Source of the DNA: an uncultured Cytophagia bacterium
Lineage (GTDB): Bacteria > Zhuqueibacterota > Zhuqueibacteria > Thermofontimicrobiales > Thermofontimicrobiaceae
DNA length: 64,000 bases
Direction: 5' to 3'
Assembly (NCBI GenBank): GCA_964472785.1
Contig: CAYYMH010000008.1
Coordinates: forward strand, 16,612-80,611
A model generated the notes under the pieces. It was not told the DNA's origin and searched no databases. It was given only the letters and a program-made list of their open reading frames with translations. Shown here in pieces: positions 39,515-49,170 of this stretch. How positions within the stretch are numbered: the stretch's first letter is position 1; the number at the start of each line of letters is the position of its first letter. A program made the translations under genes and the position numbers.

Positions 39515-41305
39515 TTGATGAACCATTTTATTCGACTGTTTCTGATACTATTTTTATTTATTTCGACCGCTTCAAACTATGCCCAGGAATCAGCAGATAT
39601 CACGATCCCTGAACTCCGGCAGCATATTTCTTTTCTTGCGTCAGATTCTCTAAAAGGAAGAAAACCGGGAACCAACGAAGATAAAATTGCAGCTAATTAT
39701 ATTCGCGAGCAGCTCATCCAAAATAAATTATCCTTGTTAGGTGATGACGGATTTCAAAAATTTTCCGTTTTGTCATCAATAGAAGCGGGGGAAAACAACA
39801 CACTTCAAAGCGGGAATTTTCAGGCTGAATTAGGTAAAGACTTTACACCATTATCATTTTCAGAAAATGGAAAACTATCAGCAACGTTAGCTTTTGTCGG
39901 TTATGGGTTTGATTTTGAAAAAGACTCTCTGGCATGGAATGATTACGATGGAGTTGACGTTCAAAATAAATGGTGCCTGATGTTGAGAGGTGACCCGGAA
40001 ATTGACAATCCAAACAGCCCCTATTCTCCTTACAGCTCTTTGAGAAAAAAAGTTTTGGTAGCAAAAGATCATGGCGCTACAGGCGTTATTTTTGTTTCAG
40101 GAGAAAAGTTTGACAAGGAAGATCAACTTATCGAGCTGATTTATGACAAAAGTATGTCAAACGCCGGTATTCCGGTCATTCATATCAAGCGCGCGCTTGC
40201 TGATCTCATTTTGAAAGATCAGAATAAAACCATCGCAAATCTGGAAAAAGTTTTAAATGAGACCAAAAAGCCGCACAGTTTTGAAACAGGGCAAACTGTA
40301 GCAGCTGAAGTTGAAATTATAAAAAATGAAGACCTCACCCAAAATATTGTAGCTCTGCTTCCCGGCTCGGATGATGTGCTAAAAAACGAATATATCGTCA
40401 TCGGCGCCCACTACGACCATCTTGGCATGGGCGGACCCGGCTCCGGTTCGCGGCGCCCGGACACGCTGGCAATTCACAACGGCGCAGATGATAACGCCTC
40501 CGGGGTAGCGGCAATTCTCGAAATCGTTGAAAAACTCGCCGCCCAAAAAAATGATCTCAAACGAAGTGTTATTTTTGTTGCCTTTGGCGCAGAAGAAATG
40601 GGCACGCTGGGTTCATCTTTTTTTGTTAACAACCCGCTGGTGGATTTGAAACGGATCAAATTCATGTTCAACCTTGATATGATCGGCAGATTAGATACGT
40701 TAAATTCCAACTTGAGCATTGGCGGTGTCGGAACGGCGCGTGAATTAGAGGATTTGGTTAAAAATATCGCTGATCAGCATAAGTTAAAAATATCGGTTTC
40801 CAAAGAAGGATACGGTCCTTCGGATCACGCCAATTTTTACGCCAACGATATTCCGGTGTTAGCTTTCTTTACCGGCGCACATGAAGATTATCACACACCG
40901 GCAGATGATGTCGAATTTATCAATTTCGACGGTGAGAAAATGATTTCAGACATTGTTTTCGATTTGGCCAAACGCGTCGCTAATCAGCCGAAGGCTTTTG
41001 TTTATCAGCAAGCCGGTCCCAAAGAACGTCCCGGAGGACGCAGACGTTTTAAAGTCACGCTCGGCATCATGCCGGATCACGTTGCGACTGATATCAAAGG
41101 AATGAAAGTACAGTTAGTAATAAAGGATCGACCTGCCTATTTAGGCGGGATGCAGAAAGGCGATATCATCGTGGCGATGGAGGGAAAGCCGGTTAACGAT
41201 ATTTATGACTATATGAACCGTCTCAATGAGTTCAAACCGGGACAGCGCATCAGTATCGAAGTCATGCGTAACGGTAAAAAGGAGATTTTAATCGTGGAGT
41301 TGTGA
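39515..41305 (+). CDS. M28-family peptidase with PA domain and C-terminal PDZ domain
   Basis: HYDHLGMGGPGSG, NGADDNASG, and the EE pair (FGAEEMG). The last ~90 aa are PDZ-like (GIMPDH...GGMQKGDIIVAMEGKPV). Confidence 0.75.
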   Translation: MMNHFIRLFLILFLFISTASNYAQESADITIPELRQHISFLASDSLKGRKPGTNEDKIAANYIREQLIQNKLSLLGDDGFQKFSVLSSIEAGENNTLQSGNFQAELGKDFTPLSFSENGKLSATLAFVGYGFDFEKDSLAWNDYDGVDVQNKWCLMLRGDPEIDNPNSPYSPYSSLRKKVLVAKDHGATGVIFVSGEKFDKEDQLIELIYDKSMSNAGIPVIHIKRALADLILKDQNKTIANLEKVLNETKKPHSFETGQTVAAEVEIIKNEDLTQNIVALLPGSDDVLKNEYIVIGAHYDHLGMGGPGSGSRRPDTLAIHNGADDNASGVAAILEIVEKLAAQKNDLKRSVIFVAFGAEEMGTLGSSFFVNNPLVDLKRIKFMFNLDMIGRLDTLNSNLSIGGVGTARELEDLVKNIADQHKLKISVSKEGYGPSDHANFYANDIPVLAFFTGAHEDYHTPADDVEFINFDGEKMISDIVFDLAKRVANQPKAFVYQQAGPKERPGGRRRFKVTLGIMPDHVATDIKGMKVQLVIKDRPAYLGGMQKGDIIVAMEGKPVNDIYDYMNRLNEFKPGQRISIEVMRNGKKEILIVEL

Positions 41306-41416
41306 GGTTCTTTTTTAAACAAAAATTAGCCACCGAGACGCAGAGGACACAGAAATTTTTAAAGATGAAAACAGATTGTTTTTTCTCTGTGCCCTCTGAT
41401 TCTCCATGGTTTATAT

Positions 41417-41932
41417 TTAATTCTCAATTCCCTTCCTCGCTTTCACACCATGCACATAATAATGTTTAATCTCTTTCATTTCGGTCACCAGATCTACTGC
41501 TTCAATAAGCCGGGAATCCACATTGCGTCCGGTAATGATCAGTTCGACATGGTCGGGCTTGGCTTTGATGATATCCAGCAAATCTTCTGCTGTAAACAAA
41601 CCAAAATAAACGGCAATATTTGCCTCATCCAAAATAACCATATCGTATTCGCCGTTCAGAATAATTTGTCTTGCTTCCTTCAATCCATTTTGAGCGAGTT
41701 CAATATCCTTTTTATCCGCTTCTTTTTTTATAAAACAGCGGCGACCGTATTGCTTTACTGTAATTAAATCCTCAAAGCGCTTTAATGCTTTCAATTCGCT
41801 GTAGTCCATTCCTTTGACGAATTGCGCGATGAACACCTTCAAACCGGCGCCCGCTGCTCTCAAAGCTGATCCCAGCGCTGCGGTTGTCTTCCCTTTTCCG
41901 TTACCGGTGTAAACTTGCACATATCCTTTCAT
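41417..41932 (-). CDS. cobO: Cob(I)yrinic acid a,c-diamide / cob(I)alamin adenosyltransferase (CobO/BtuR)
   Basis: GYVQVYTGNGKGKTTAALG P-loop, DMVILDE. The ATG at 41932 (CGAGGT RBS) is preferred to the tracked 42004 start, which overlaps btuC. Confidence 0.85.
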   Translation of the reverse strand: MKGYVQVYTGNGKGKTTAALGSALRAAGAGLKVFIAQFVKGMDYSELKALKRFEDLITVKQYGRRCFIKKEADKKDIELAQNGLKEARQIILNGEYDMVILDEANIAVYFGLFTAEDLLDIIKAKPDHVELIITGRNVDSRLIEAVDLVTEMKEIKHYYVHGVKARKGIEN

Positions 41933-41955
41933 TGTTAACCTCGATTGTGATTTAT

Positions 41956-42963
41956 CTATAATGATAATATTCCCTTGTTTGACGATCTCCGCAAAAGCAG
42001 CCACAGAAAAAACGGTCCGCCCAACAGCGCCGTAATAACCCCTACCGGTATCTCCGCCGGTGCAATTAAAATACGGGAAATCGTGTCACAAAAAACCAAA
42101 AAGGCGCCGCCGAACACAAAGCTGGCAACAGACAAGTACCGGTGATCCGCACCGATAAGTAACCGACAAATATGCGGCGCCATCATGCCAACAAATCCGA
42201 TGGGACCGACGATTGAAACTAAGCCGCCAATCATCAGCGACGTCACCAAAAACAGCAGTACCTTAACGCGATTAATCGCCACCCCACGGCTCATGGCAAT
42301 GTCATCACTGATTATAATCAAATTCAGTTCGTGAGTCAAATAGAAAATAACCAAACTCCCCAACACCACGAGCGGCAGCAATGTCAGCACCGGTTTGTAA
42401 CCAAAGATTTCGAAGCCACCCATCAACCAGCGGATAATACGAAACGAATTGGCGAAATCGCTGAGATACTGAATAAATAAAATCAAGCTCGAAAAAAAGA
42501 AATTGATGGCGACGCCGGCAATCAACAGCGTTGCTGTGGAAAATCCTTGTTTGATTCGTGTTAATCCGTAAACCAGTGCCACTGAAATCATCGCACCACC
42601 AAATGCGAAGAACGACTGACCGGAAATCCCGACAAGTGAAAAAATGATACCGATTTTGGTGTACAGAGCAGCTCCGAATGCCGCACCGCTGGACACGCCC
42701 AGCGTGAAAGGCGTCGCCAACGGATTTCGGAACATTGCCTGAAAAGCCATGCCACTGAGCGATAAAGCAGCACCGGCTAAAAAAGCGGTTAAAATGCGAG
42801 GCAGCCGGATTTTCAAAAATATCGCCAATATAGTTTGATCGGTCGCTGAGGAAAGCAACTCACGCGGGTGAATAAACTCCATGCCGATAAACGGGGCAAT
42901 CGATAACACCAATCCGGCAAAAAAAATAAGCAAAAGCAAAACGATCGGCCTGTTAATTTTCAT
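41956..42963 (-). CDS. btuC: FecCD-family ABC permease (BtuC-like)
   Basis: 335 aa, about 9 TM, FecCD signature region. Confidence 0.85.
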   Translation of the reverse strand: MKINRPIVLLLLIFFAGLVLSIAPFIGMEFIHPRELLSSATDQTILAIFLKIRLPRILTAFLAGAALSLSGMAFQAMFRNPLATPFTLGVSSGAAFGAALYTKIGIIFSLVGISGQSFFAFGGAMISVALVYGLTRIKQGFSTATLLIAGVAINFFFSSLILFIQYLSDFANSFRIIRWLMGGFEIFGYKPVLTLLPLVVLGSLVIFYLTHELNLIIISDDIAMSRGVAINRVKVLLFLVTSLMIGGLVSIVGPIGFVGMMAPHICRLLIGADHRYLSVASFVFGGAFLVFCDTISRILIAPAEIPVGVITALLGGPFFLWLLLRRSSNKGILSL

Positions 42964-43766
42964 GATTTGCCTCCACCCGGAACGATGATGGGCTGACCGG
43001 TTTGCGGATGTGCGGTAAAAATAAAGTGTGTTTCATAGACACGGTTCAAAATGTGTTCTTGCATCACCTCTGCCGGTTTTCCCAAAAAATTGACTTGTCC
43101 ATCCTTCAAGATCATAATTTTTTTTCCGTTTAAGACTGCATTGTTAATGTCATGAGTCACGGCGAATATCGTCTTCCCCAACTCCTGGTTAATATTGCTC
43201 AAAATTTGATAAACATCCTGCTCATGTTTCGGATCGAGAAACGTCGTCGGTTCATCCAGCAGTAACAGCTCTGCTTCCTGAACCAATGCTGCCGCGATAA
43301 AAACTGCCTGTCTCTCGCCGCCGCTTAGCGTGTTCAATTCACGGTGTCTTAAATGAGTAACTTTGGTCAGATCAAGGGCTTGTTGCAGCGCCTTTTTGTC
43401 TTCAATTGTAAAAGACGTAAACGGGCTCAAATAAGGATATCGTCCCATCAGCATAAATTCTTCGACAGTAAAAGGAATAGATGAACCCGGATTTTGTGGC
43501 ACATAGCTGATGATTTTTGCCAGATTCCTCTGACTGATTTTCTCAATTGGTTTGTCCTTTATAAAAATCGAATTATTCGGAGACGGGTAAATGCGCATCA
43601 AACATTTGAGCAAGCTCGTTTTGCCGGCGCCATTGGGCCCGATAATCATCACGTAATCTTTTTTGAAAATCTCAAACGAAACGGACGTTAATATTCTCTT
43701 ATCCGCTAATGTCAGTGAAAGGTCGTTTATGTGAATGATCGGATTGTCCATGTTAATCCCAGTCAA
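42960..43766 (-). CDS. btuD: ABC transporter ATP-binding protein (BtuD/FecE-like)
   Basis: Walker A GPNGAGKT, LSGGERQ, LLLDEPT. Confidence 0.85.
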   Translation of the reverse strand: MTGINMDNPIIHINDLSLTLADKRILTSVSFEIFKKDYVMIIGPNGAGKTSLLKCLMRIYPSPNNSIFIKDKPIEKISQRNLAKIISYVPQNPGSSIPFTVEEFMLMGRYPYLSPFTSFTIEDKKALQQALDLTKVTHLRHRELNTLSGGERQAVFIAAALVQEAELLLLDEPTTFLDPKHEQDVYQILSNINQELGKTIFAVTHDINNAVLNGKKIMILKDGQVNFLGKPAEVMQEHILNRVYETHFIFTAHPQTGQPIIVPGGGKS

Positions 43767-44667
43767 TTTCAGGATGTATTAATTGTGCCATTTTTTCCAA
43801 TAATAAAATAAACCGCGGTCCTGGTATAACGGCGAAGCTCTGATTTAAAACAAAAACTCTACCTTCTCGAACAGCATCGATTTGAGGTACGGCTTCCCAA
43901 TCCGCGATGAGCTCATTCTCTGTCAATCCCTGACTTTCGTAATCGTACGCCAAATCAAAAATAATATCCGGATTCAGATGAATGATCCCTTCGGCAGAAA
44001 GAACCGGAAAATCGACAGTCATATTTTTTAAAACATTTTTTCCGCCAGCTAAATTGATGAGCTCATTATAATACGTGTTTTGAGCAGCCGCATAGACCTC
44101 TGACAATTCTCCGGTGCCCAGAGTTCTTCCAACCGACACCAATACAGACGGCTTGCGACGATTTTTTGTCTGTTTTTGAATCCACTGAATGCGTTTTTCG
44201 ATTGCAGAAACCAGACTGTCGGATTTATCCTCTCTTGCAAATTTCTCACCTATTTGGTTAATCGCTTTAATGACGTCAGCGACCATTTTATTATTCACGG
44301 TCATGCTTTCGATGTTAAATTGCGCCAAAAACTCTTTCACTTTATCCTGCTCCGGCAACAGCAAAACAATGTCCGGCTTAAGTCCCACAATCGCCTCGTA
44401 ATTCGGATCCAAATAGCCGCCTATTTTCGTTTTCGCTTTTGCTTCCTTCGGATAGGTGCAAAAATCTGTCACACCAACCACCTGCTCACCCAATCCCAGC
44501 GTGAATAGTATTTCAGTGGTGCTGGGTGATAATGAAATGACACGGTCGTAATTTTGAGCGCGTGAGTTATTCTGTCCTCCATTTTTCTTTTCACAAAATA
44601 GAAAAAGAAACGCGATGCTTGCAATAACGAAGAAAAAATAAATTTTAAAACCAATAAATCTTTTCAA
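43753..44667 (-). CDS. btuF: Periplasmic-binding-protein class III (BtuF-like cobalamin-binding) component
   Basis: VISLSPSTTEILFTLGLGEQVVGVTDFCTYP resembles the BtuF N-lobe; signal/TM at the N-terminus. Confidence 0.8.
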   Translation of the reverse strand: MKRFIGFKIYFFFVIASIAFLFLFCEKKNGGQNNSRAQNYDRVISLSPSTTEILFTLGLGEQVVGVTDFCTYPKEAKAKTKIGGYLDPNYEAIVGLKPDIVLLLPEQDKVKEFLAQFNIESMTVNNKMVADVIKAINQIGEKFAREDKSDSLVSAIEKRIQWIQKQTKNRRKPSVLVSVGRTLGTGELSEVYAAAQNTYYNELINLAGGKNVLKNMTVDFPVLSAEGIIHLNPDIIFDLAYDYESQGLTENELIADWEAVPQIDAVREGRVFVLNQSFAVIPGPRFILLLEKMAQLIHPEIDWD

Positions 44668-44722
44668 GGATATTTTGTTACCAATTTAATTTAAAAAATA
44701 TTATTAAAAATTGAAACGAAAA

Positions 44723-46618
44723 TTAGTGAAGCAAAATCATTTTTTTAACAACGTCTTCATTGCCGCTTTTTAATTGATAATAATAAATTCCGCTGCTGAC
44801 CATTTGTCCGTTTTCATCTGTTCCGTTCCATTGAATTTGATGGGCGCCGCCCTGTTGAACTGCATTAACTAAAGATTTCACTTTTTGCCCGAGAAAATTG
44901 AAAACAACGATTTCAACGTACCCTGTCGCGGGCAATGAATAGCGAATCGTAGTTTCCGGATTAAACGGATTGGGGTAGTTTTGAAACAATTCAAAATCAG
45001 AGATAATGTTTCTTTCCTGCGTTTCAACTGCGGAGGGCTGTCCTTCTTCACTGTTGATAGCAACAATGGCATCCAGATCAAAATGATCATTAAATGCTCC
45101 CTCTTGCTTAATATCGCCGAGGTCCGTCAGTTTGACATAGACGGCGAGATCCAATCCCACATCAGACAAATCAAACGAATCCCCACCTGAAACCAGCGGA
45201 TTGGTTGGATTTTGATTATCGTACATTGGCGTTACTCCGGCAAGTCCGGCATAGGTTGCAGTATCATAGGGAAAGGTTACCCAATTTTCACCGTCCGCAC
45301 TCACGGAAACAATGGCTGCCTCAATAAAGGGTTCATCAGTGCCATACATTAAAAAGACATTTTCGAAAATTGTAAAATCAACACCATCGCCGTCGACAAT
45401 ATAATTATCTGTAAACTTGAGGATAATTTCACCGCCGTGTCCCAATGCCAAAATTTCTCTCGGATCGTTACTCGCCAGATATTCCGAAAGACTCGGATTC
45501 GGATCAGGCGGTCCGAGAACGTTATTCGGAAAATAGTTTTGTCCAAAACCAGCGCCAACGCCCGGGTTAAATCCCACGACTTCGTCTGCCCAGGGATCGA
45601 CCATCTTAATTGGGCCAATCACAGCCATATCTTGAGCGCCATCGCCGAACGCATAAATTTCAAGCACTTCACCGGTTTCAGGATCTAATTTCTGAACCGC
45701 ATCATCCGCAAAATTACTCACCCACAGTACCTGATCAATTGGATCGAAAAGCAAATTCATCGCACCGTTACCGACCAAAATTGGATCAGTAGAATCATTC
45801 AAAACCTCTCCGGTGAAAATATTGTACGCGTACAGATAACCATTCGTCCCATTACCCCAGTCGCACAAATAGCCAATGCCTGTGCTTGTAATCACAATGT
45901 CTCCGGGAGCGCCGCCAATTTCGATAGTGTCCACCACCGCAGGCGTGTAGTCCGCAGCACCCCAAGGGCTGATTACACAGACTTTGCCGAAAGCATCAAC
46001 GAAATTTCCGGTACACATCACATGAATATTGCCATCCGGCGCGATTGCCAGGCTTTGCGGATTTGTTGCCACGTCCAATGTTTTAAGCACTGTGTCCGTA
46101 GTAATATCAATAATGGTCACAGAAGATCCGTCGTAAGTGGGATAACCACCGGTGTTGGTAACGTATGCTTTATTACCATCGACAATAATTCCTTCAGGAC
46201 CAGTGCCCACCGGAATGTCTTTTTCAACTGTGCCCGTTTCCAGATCAATAACTGAAACGGTATTTGTCATCAAGTTGGTGACATAAGCCCGGTTAGTGCC
46301 GACAAATTCGATTTCCCAGGGATTCGAATTTGCCGCCATTGGAATATTAGTCACTTCATCTGTAAAAGGATCGATGATAGTGATTCCCGGCGGCACTGAA
46401 TTTACGAGATATATTTTTTCGCCCCAAGCTAATATTTTATTAGGAATTTCTCCTACAGTAATAAAATCATTGACAATATTGCCGGTTTCCAAATTCATTT
46501 TGGAAACGGATTGACCTAATCCGTTCAAAACATAAAGCTTTTTAGGAATGTCCTGTCCCAATCCGACGCCGACTTGAAAAATGAGAAAGAGAACAAGTGC
46601 TTTGAAATAACTTTTCAT
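44723..46618 (-). CDS. YVTN-family beta-propeller protein with T9SS C-terminal sorting domain; inferred BtuG-like surface cobalamin-binding protein
   Basis: Signal peptide. Repeated AYVTN.../VIDLETGTV.../SVTIIDITTDTV propeller blades. An extra C-terminal domain, then the CTD YPNPFNPETTIRYSL...VVFNFLGQ... Located between the btuB-like and btuF genes. Confidence 0.6.
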   Translation of the reverse strand: MKSYFKALVLFLIFQVGVGLGQDIPKKLYVLNGLGQSVSKMNLETGNIVNDFITVGEIPNKILAWGEKIYLVNSVPPGITIIDPFTDEVTNIPMAANSNPWEIEFVGTNRAYVTNLMTNTVSVIDLETGTVEKDIPVGTGPEGIIVDGNKAYVTNTGGYPTYDGSSVTIIDITTDTVLKTLDVATNPQSLAIAPDGNIHVMCTGNFVDAFGKVCVISPWGAADYTPAVVDTIEIGGAPGDIVITSTGIGYLCDWGNGTNGYLYAYNIFTGEVLNDSTDPILVGNGAMNLLFDPIDQVLWVSNFADDAVQKLDPETGEVLEIYAFGDGAQDMAVIGPIKMVDPWADEVVGFNPGVGAGFGQNYFPNNVLGPPDPNPSLSEYLASNDPREILALGHGGEIILKFTDNYIVDGDGVDFTIFENVFLMYGTDEPFIEAAIVSVSADGENWVTFPYDTATYAGLAGVTPMYDNQNPTNPLVSGGDSFDLSDVGLDLAVYVKLTDLGDIKQEGAFNDHFDLDAIVAINSEEGQPSAVETQERNIISDFELFQNYPNPFNPETTIRYSLPATGYVEIVVFNFLGQKVKSLVNAVQQGGAHQIQWNGTDENGQMVSSGIYYYQLKSGNEDVVKKMILLH

Positions 46619-46659
46619 GTGTTCCTCCAATTGCAAATTGTTTGAATGGGTTAATTATA

Positions 46660-48885
46660 TCAGAAGCTTAACCCCAAACCGATACGCCAGTTACGCGAGG
46701 GAAGAGGCGCTCTGGTAATGATAGTGTAATTTTCATCAAATAGATTAAACAGTGATATCTTTAAATCCACATCGATTTTTTTGATGATAAAGTCCATCCC
46801 AATCGTCACATCATCAACCGAATAGCTGGCTACCTTTTTATTGTTCGCTGCATCTAAAAACCGTTCACCGACCAATCTTCTCTGGTATTCAAAATTCAAA
46901 TTCGAATAATTGAATCTCAACGATAATTTTGTTGTGTGGCTCGGACGATAGGTGAGTTTTTTGTTGTGTCTCGTTCGTTCGTGACTTTTGTTTTTTGCAC
47001 ATAAAATCAGATGGCTGCCATTTAACTGGATGTGATCGTCGAACAGAGTCCACCGGCTATTAAATTCCCAGCCCTGAATAGATGCGTCCGTGCTATAGGG
47101 CTGATAATCACCGAATGAACCCAGCTCCCAGTAAATCAGATTTTTAAAATCATTGGAAAAGTAATTTGTCTCAAATTCCAACCAGCCTAAAATCGGAGCA
47201 CTGAACTTAACACCCGCATCGATATTTTTACTTTTTTCAGGCGGTAAGTTTGGATTGCCATGCACCCGGAAATCCTGGTAAAATAAATCAGCAAATGTCG
47301 GTGAACGGAAAGACCTGCCCCAGCTCGCGTGAAAATTGAACAGACACTTTTGCCCCGCCGACAGATGCAGTCCAAGCTGTGGACTGAACGCTTCATCCTG
47401 CCGTGTCGTCTCCGAATGTTCAAAGGAGATATGATCATAGCGAATTGAAGAAGAAAGTTGAAGTTTATTCAAAAAAATTGGTCTCGGTAAATTCCAATCA
47501 ATCGATGCTGCTGCGTTACGGGACAGGTTCTTAACTTCAATCGGTGCCGCGAAAATAACCGGCGAGATAAAATCATCCTCCTCAAATTTTGTATGTGCCA
47601 CACCCCCGTCAAGATAGAGCTTATGTTGACCAAAAAGCTTGCGTTGAAAATCCAAAGTCGTACTGTATTTTTGAACTCGGTATTTTGTGTGATATGCCGG
47701 AACGGAGGAAATTACACCGTCGGGCGGAAAATTTTCGTATTCTGTGGCATTATCGGAATGGGAAAACTGAAGATTGGTTTTTCCGAGGTTACCCTGCAAA
47801 CCGTATTTTGCTACTAAAATGCGACGGCTATTGACAGCATGAGCATAAGGCGTCCATTGAAAAACAAGTCCGGGCAATCCCCGGGAAGATTGGAAATGAT
47901 TGTATTGGATTTGAACCGAATGACCCTGTTTTTCGAAAAATAATTTACCGAAATAATTTTCTGATGAAAAATCCGCGTTTTCGCGGGTGCTGCCATGTAA
48001 TTTTCCGGCCAAATCCTGATAGCTGTATTGGAAATTCCCGTCCGATTTCGCCGATTCAAAATTCACAAAATAACCAAAATTGCCGTAATGACCACTCAGC
48101 GTGGACTGAAATCCAAAACTGCCAAAACTCCCCGCATAGCTGCTCAACTGCACTTTGTCCAGTGGGTGCTTTTTTGAAATAATTTCGATGACGCCGCCAA
48201 TCGCACCACTGCCGAAACGGTTGCTGCTCCCTTTTTTCCAAATATTGATCTGCTCAATCGTCGTAACCGGGATCTGTTTGAGATTCGCTTCGCCGGTGAA
48301 CGGATCATTCAACTCGACACCATCCACGACCACTAATACCTGATTATTGAAACTGCCGCGAATGGAAATTTTTTGCTGACCGTTCCCGTCAGTATCCACA
48401 ATTTCTACGCCCGGCATGTCCCTTAAAAGCTCACCAGCGTTTTTGGCGCTACTGTTTCTGATGCGTTCCGCTGATATCGTAATAAAGGAATCATAATTAT
48501 CCGCATCATCCCGTTCTGCTTCCACAGCAATCTGTTCCATTTGAATTACTTTGGGCTTCAACGTAAAATTCACTGTAACCGCCATGTCCTTGAAAACAAT
48601 AATATTTTCTTTCAGCTTCGTTTTAAAACCGATGTAACTTGCTTGCAGCGTATATTCACCGGCGAACAGATTTTCGATTTCAAAATATCCGAGGTTGTCA
48701 GCCGCCGTACCCACCCCGGTGCCGACTATGATAACATTGGCGCCCTCCAACGGCATGCCATCAACTGACTGGACGGTTCCACGGATTTTGACTGTCGATT
48801 GCGCCAGTGTTTCAGCGTGCCAAGTACTGAATGATAAAAAGACGAACAGAAGAATTGTAAAATTTTGAATAATCCCGAATTTCAT
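46660..48885 (-). CDS. btuB: TonB-dependent outer-membrane receptor (BtuB-like; carboxypeptidase-regulatory N-domain + plug + barrel)
   Basis: Ends in the terminal Phe (...RIGLGLSF). A plug region is present. ATG at 48885 gives signal peptide MKFGIIQNFTILLFVFLSFSTWHA; the tracked GTG at 48948 would read through the attenuator hairpin. Confidence 0.85.
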   Translation of the reverse strand: MKFGIIQNFTILLFVFLSFSTWHAETLAQSTVKIRGTVQSVDGMPLEGANVIIVGTGVGTAADNLGYFEIENLFAGEYTLQASYIGFKTKLKENIIVFKDMAVTVNFTLKPKVIQMEQIAVEAERDDADNYDSFITISAERIRNSSAKNAGELLRDMPGVEIVDTDGNGQQKISIRGSFNNQVLVVVDGVELNDPFTGEANLKQIPVTTIEQINIWKKGSSNRFGSGAIGGVIEIISKKHPLDKVQLSSYAGSFGSFGFQSTLSGHYGNFGYFVNFESAKSDGNFQYSYQDLAGKLHGSTRENADFSSENYFGKLFFEKQGHSVQIQYNHFQSSRGLPGLVFQWTPYAHAVNSRRILVAKYGLQGNLGKTNLQFSHSDNATEYENFPPDGVISSVPAYHTKYRVQKYSTTLDFQRKLFGQHKLYLDGGVAHTKFEEDDFISPVIFAAPIEVKNLSRNAAASIDWNLPRPIFLNKLQLSSSIRYDHISFEHSETTRQDEAFSPQLGLHLSAGQKCLFNFHASWGRSFRSPTFADLFYQDFRVHGNPNLPPEKSKNIDAGVKFSAPILGWLEFETNYFSNDFKNLIYWELGSFGDYQPYSTDASIQGWEFNSRWTLFDDHIQLNGSHLILCAKNKSHERTRHNKKLTYRPSHTTKLSLRFNYSNLNFEYQRRLVGERFLDAANNKKVASYSVDDVTIGMDFIIKKIDVDLKISLFNLFDENYTIITRAPLPSRNWRIGLGLSF

Positions 48886-48902
48886 AAGTATTACATCCAA
48901 TA

Positions 48903-48940
48903 CAAAAAAATCCCAACCTTCACGCTCGAAAGTTGGGATT
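48903..48940 (-). terminator. Riboswitch expression-platform terminator (attenuator)
   Basis: On the minus strand: AATCCCAAC-tttcgagcgtgaagg-TTGGGATT followed by T7, about 20 nt before the btuB ATG. Confidence 0.6.
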
Positions 48941-48994
48941 ATGTGCACGACAAAATTTATTTATTCCACACCTCACCCGCGAAGGTATCATCGG

Positions 48995-49170
48995 AAACTC
49001 AATAATCTGGCAGGTCTCCTGGCTTATGGCTTCAAACCTACTTGTCACGCCTTCCCATTCTAAAAATCAAACAGTGGCATTCATTTGTGTGACGTTTCGT
49101 AGCCCATTACAGTAGCGGGGCTGCAACGGATTCTCACCGTTTTCCCTATTATCCCTTTCAGGCACCAAAT
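48995..49170 (-). ncRNA. Cobalamin (AdoCbl) riboswitch
   Basis: The minus strand reads GGTGCCTGAAAGGGATAATAGGGAAAACGGTGAGAATCCGTTGCAGCCCCGCTACTGTAATGGG...GAATGCCACTG...GGGAAGG...GAAGCCATAAGCCAGGAGACCTGCCAG. This contains the conserved GGTG/AAAGGGAA/GGTGAGAATCC/GCAGCCCCCGCTACTGT/GCCACTG/GGGAAGG blocks and the B12 box. Confidence 0.85.

Noticed and set aside
41933-42004. Upstream extension of cobO (tracked start 42004)
   Set aside because: It would overlap the btuC 3' end by 49 nt. The ATG at 41932 has a proper RBS and gives the conventional CobO N-terminus just before the P-loop.
48886-48948. GTG-initiated 21-codon extension of the TonB-dependent receptor
   Set aside because: The extension contains the riboswitch terminator hairpin and T-tract. 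The ATG at 48885 starts a canonical signal peptide.
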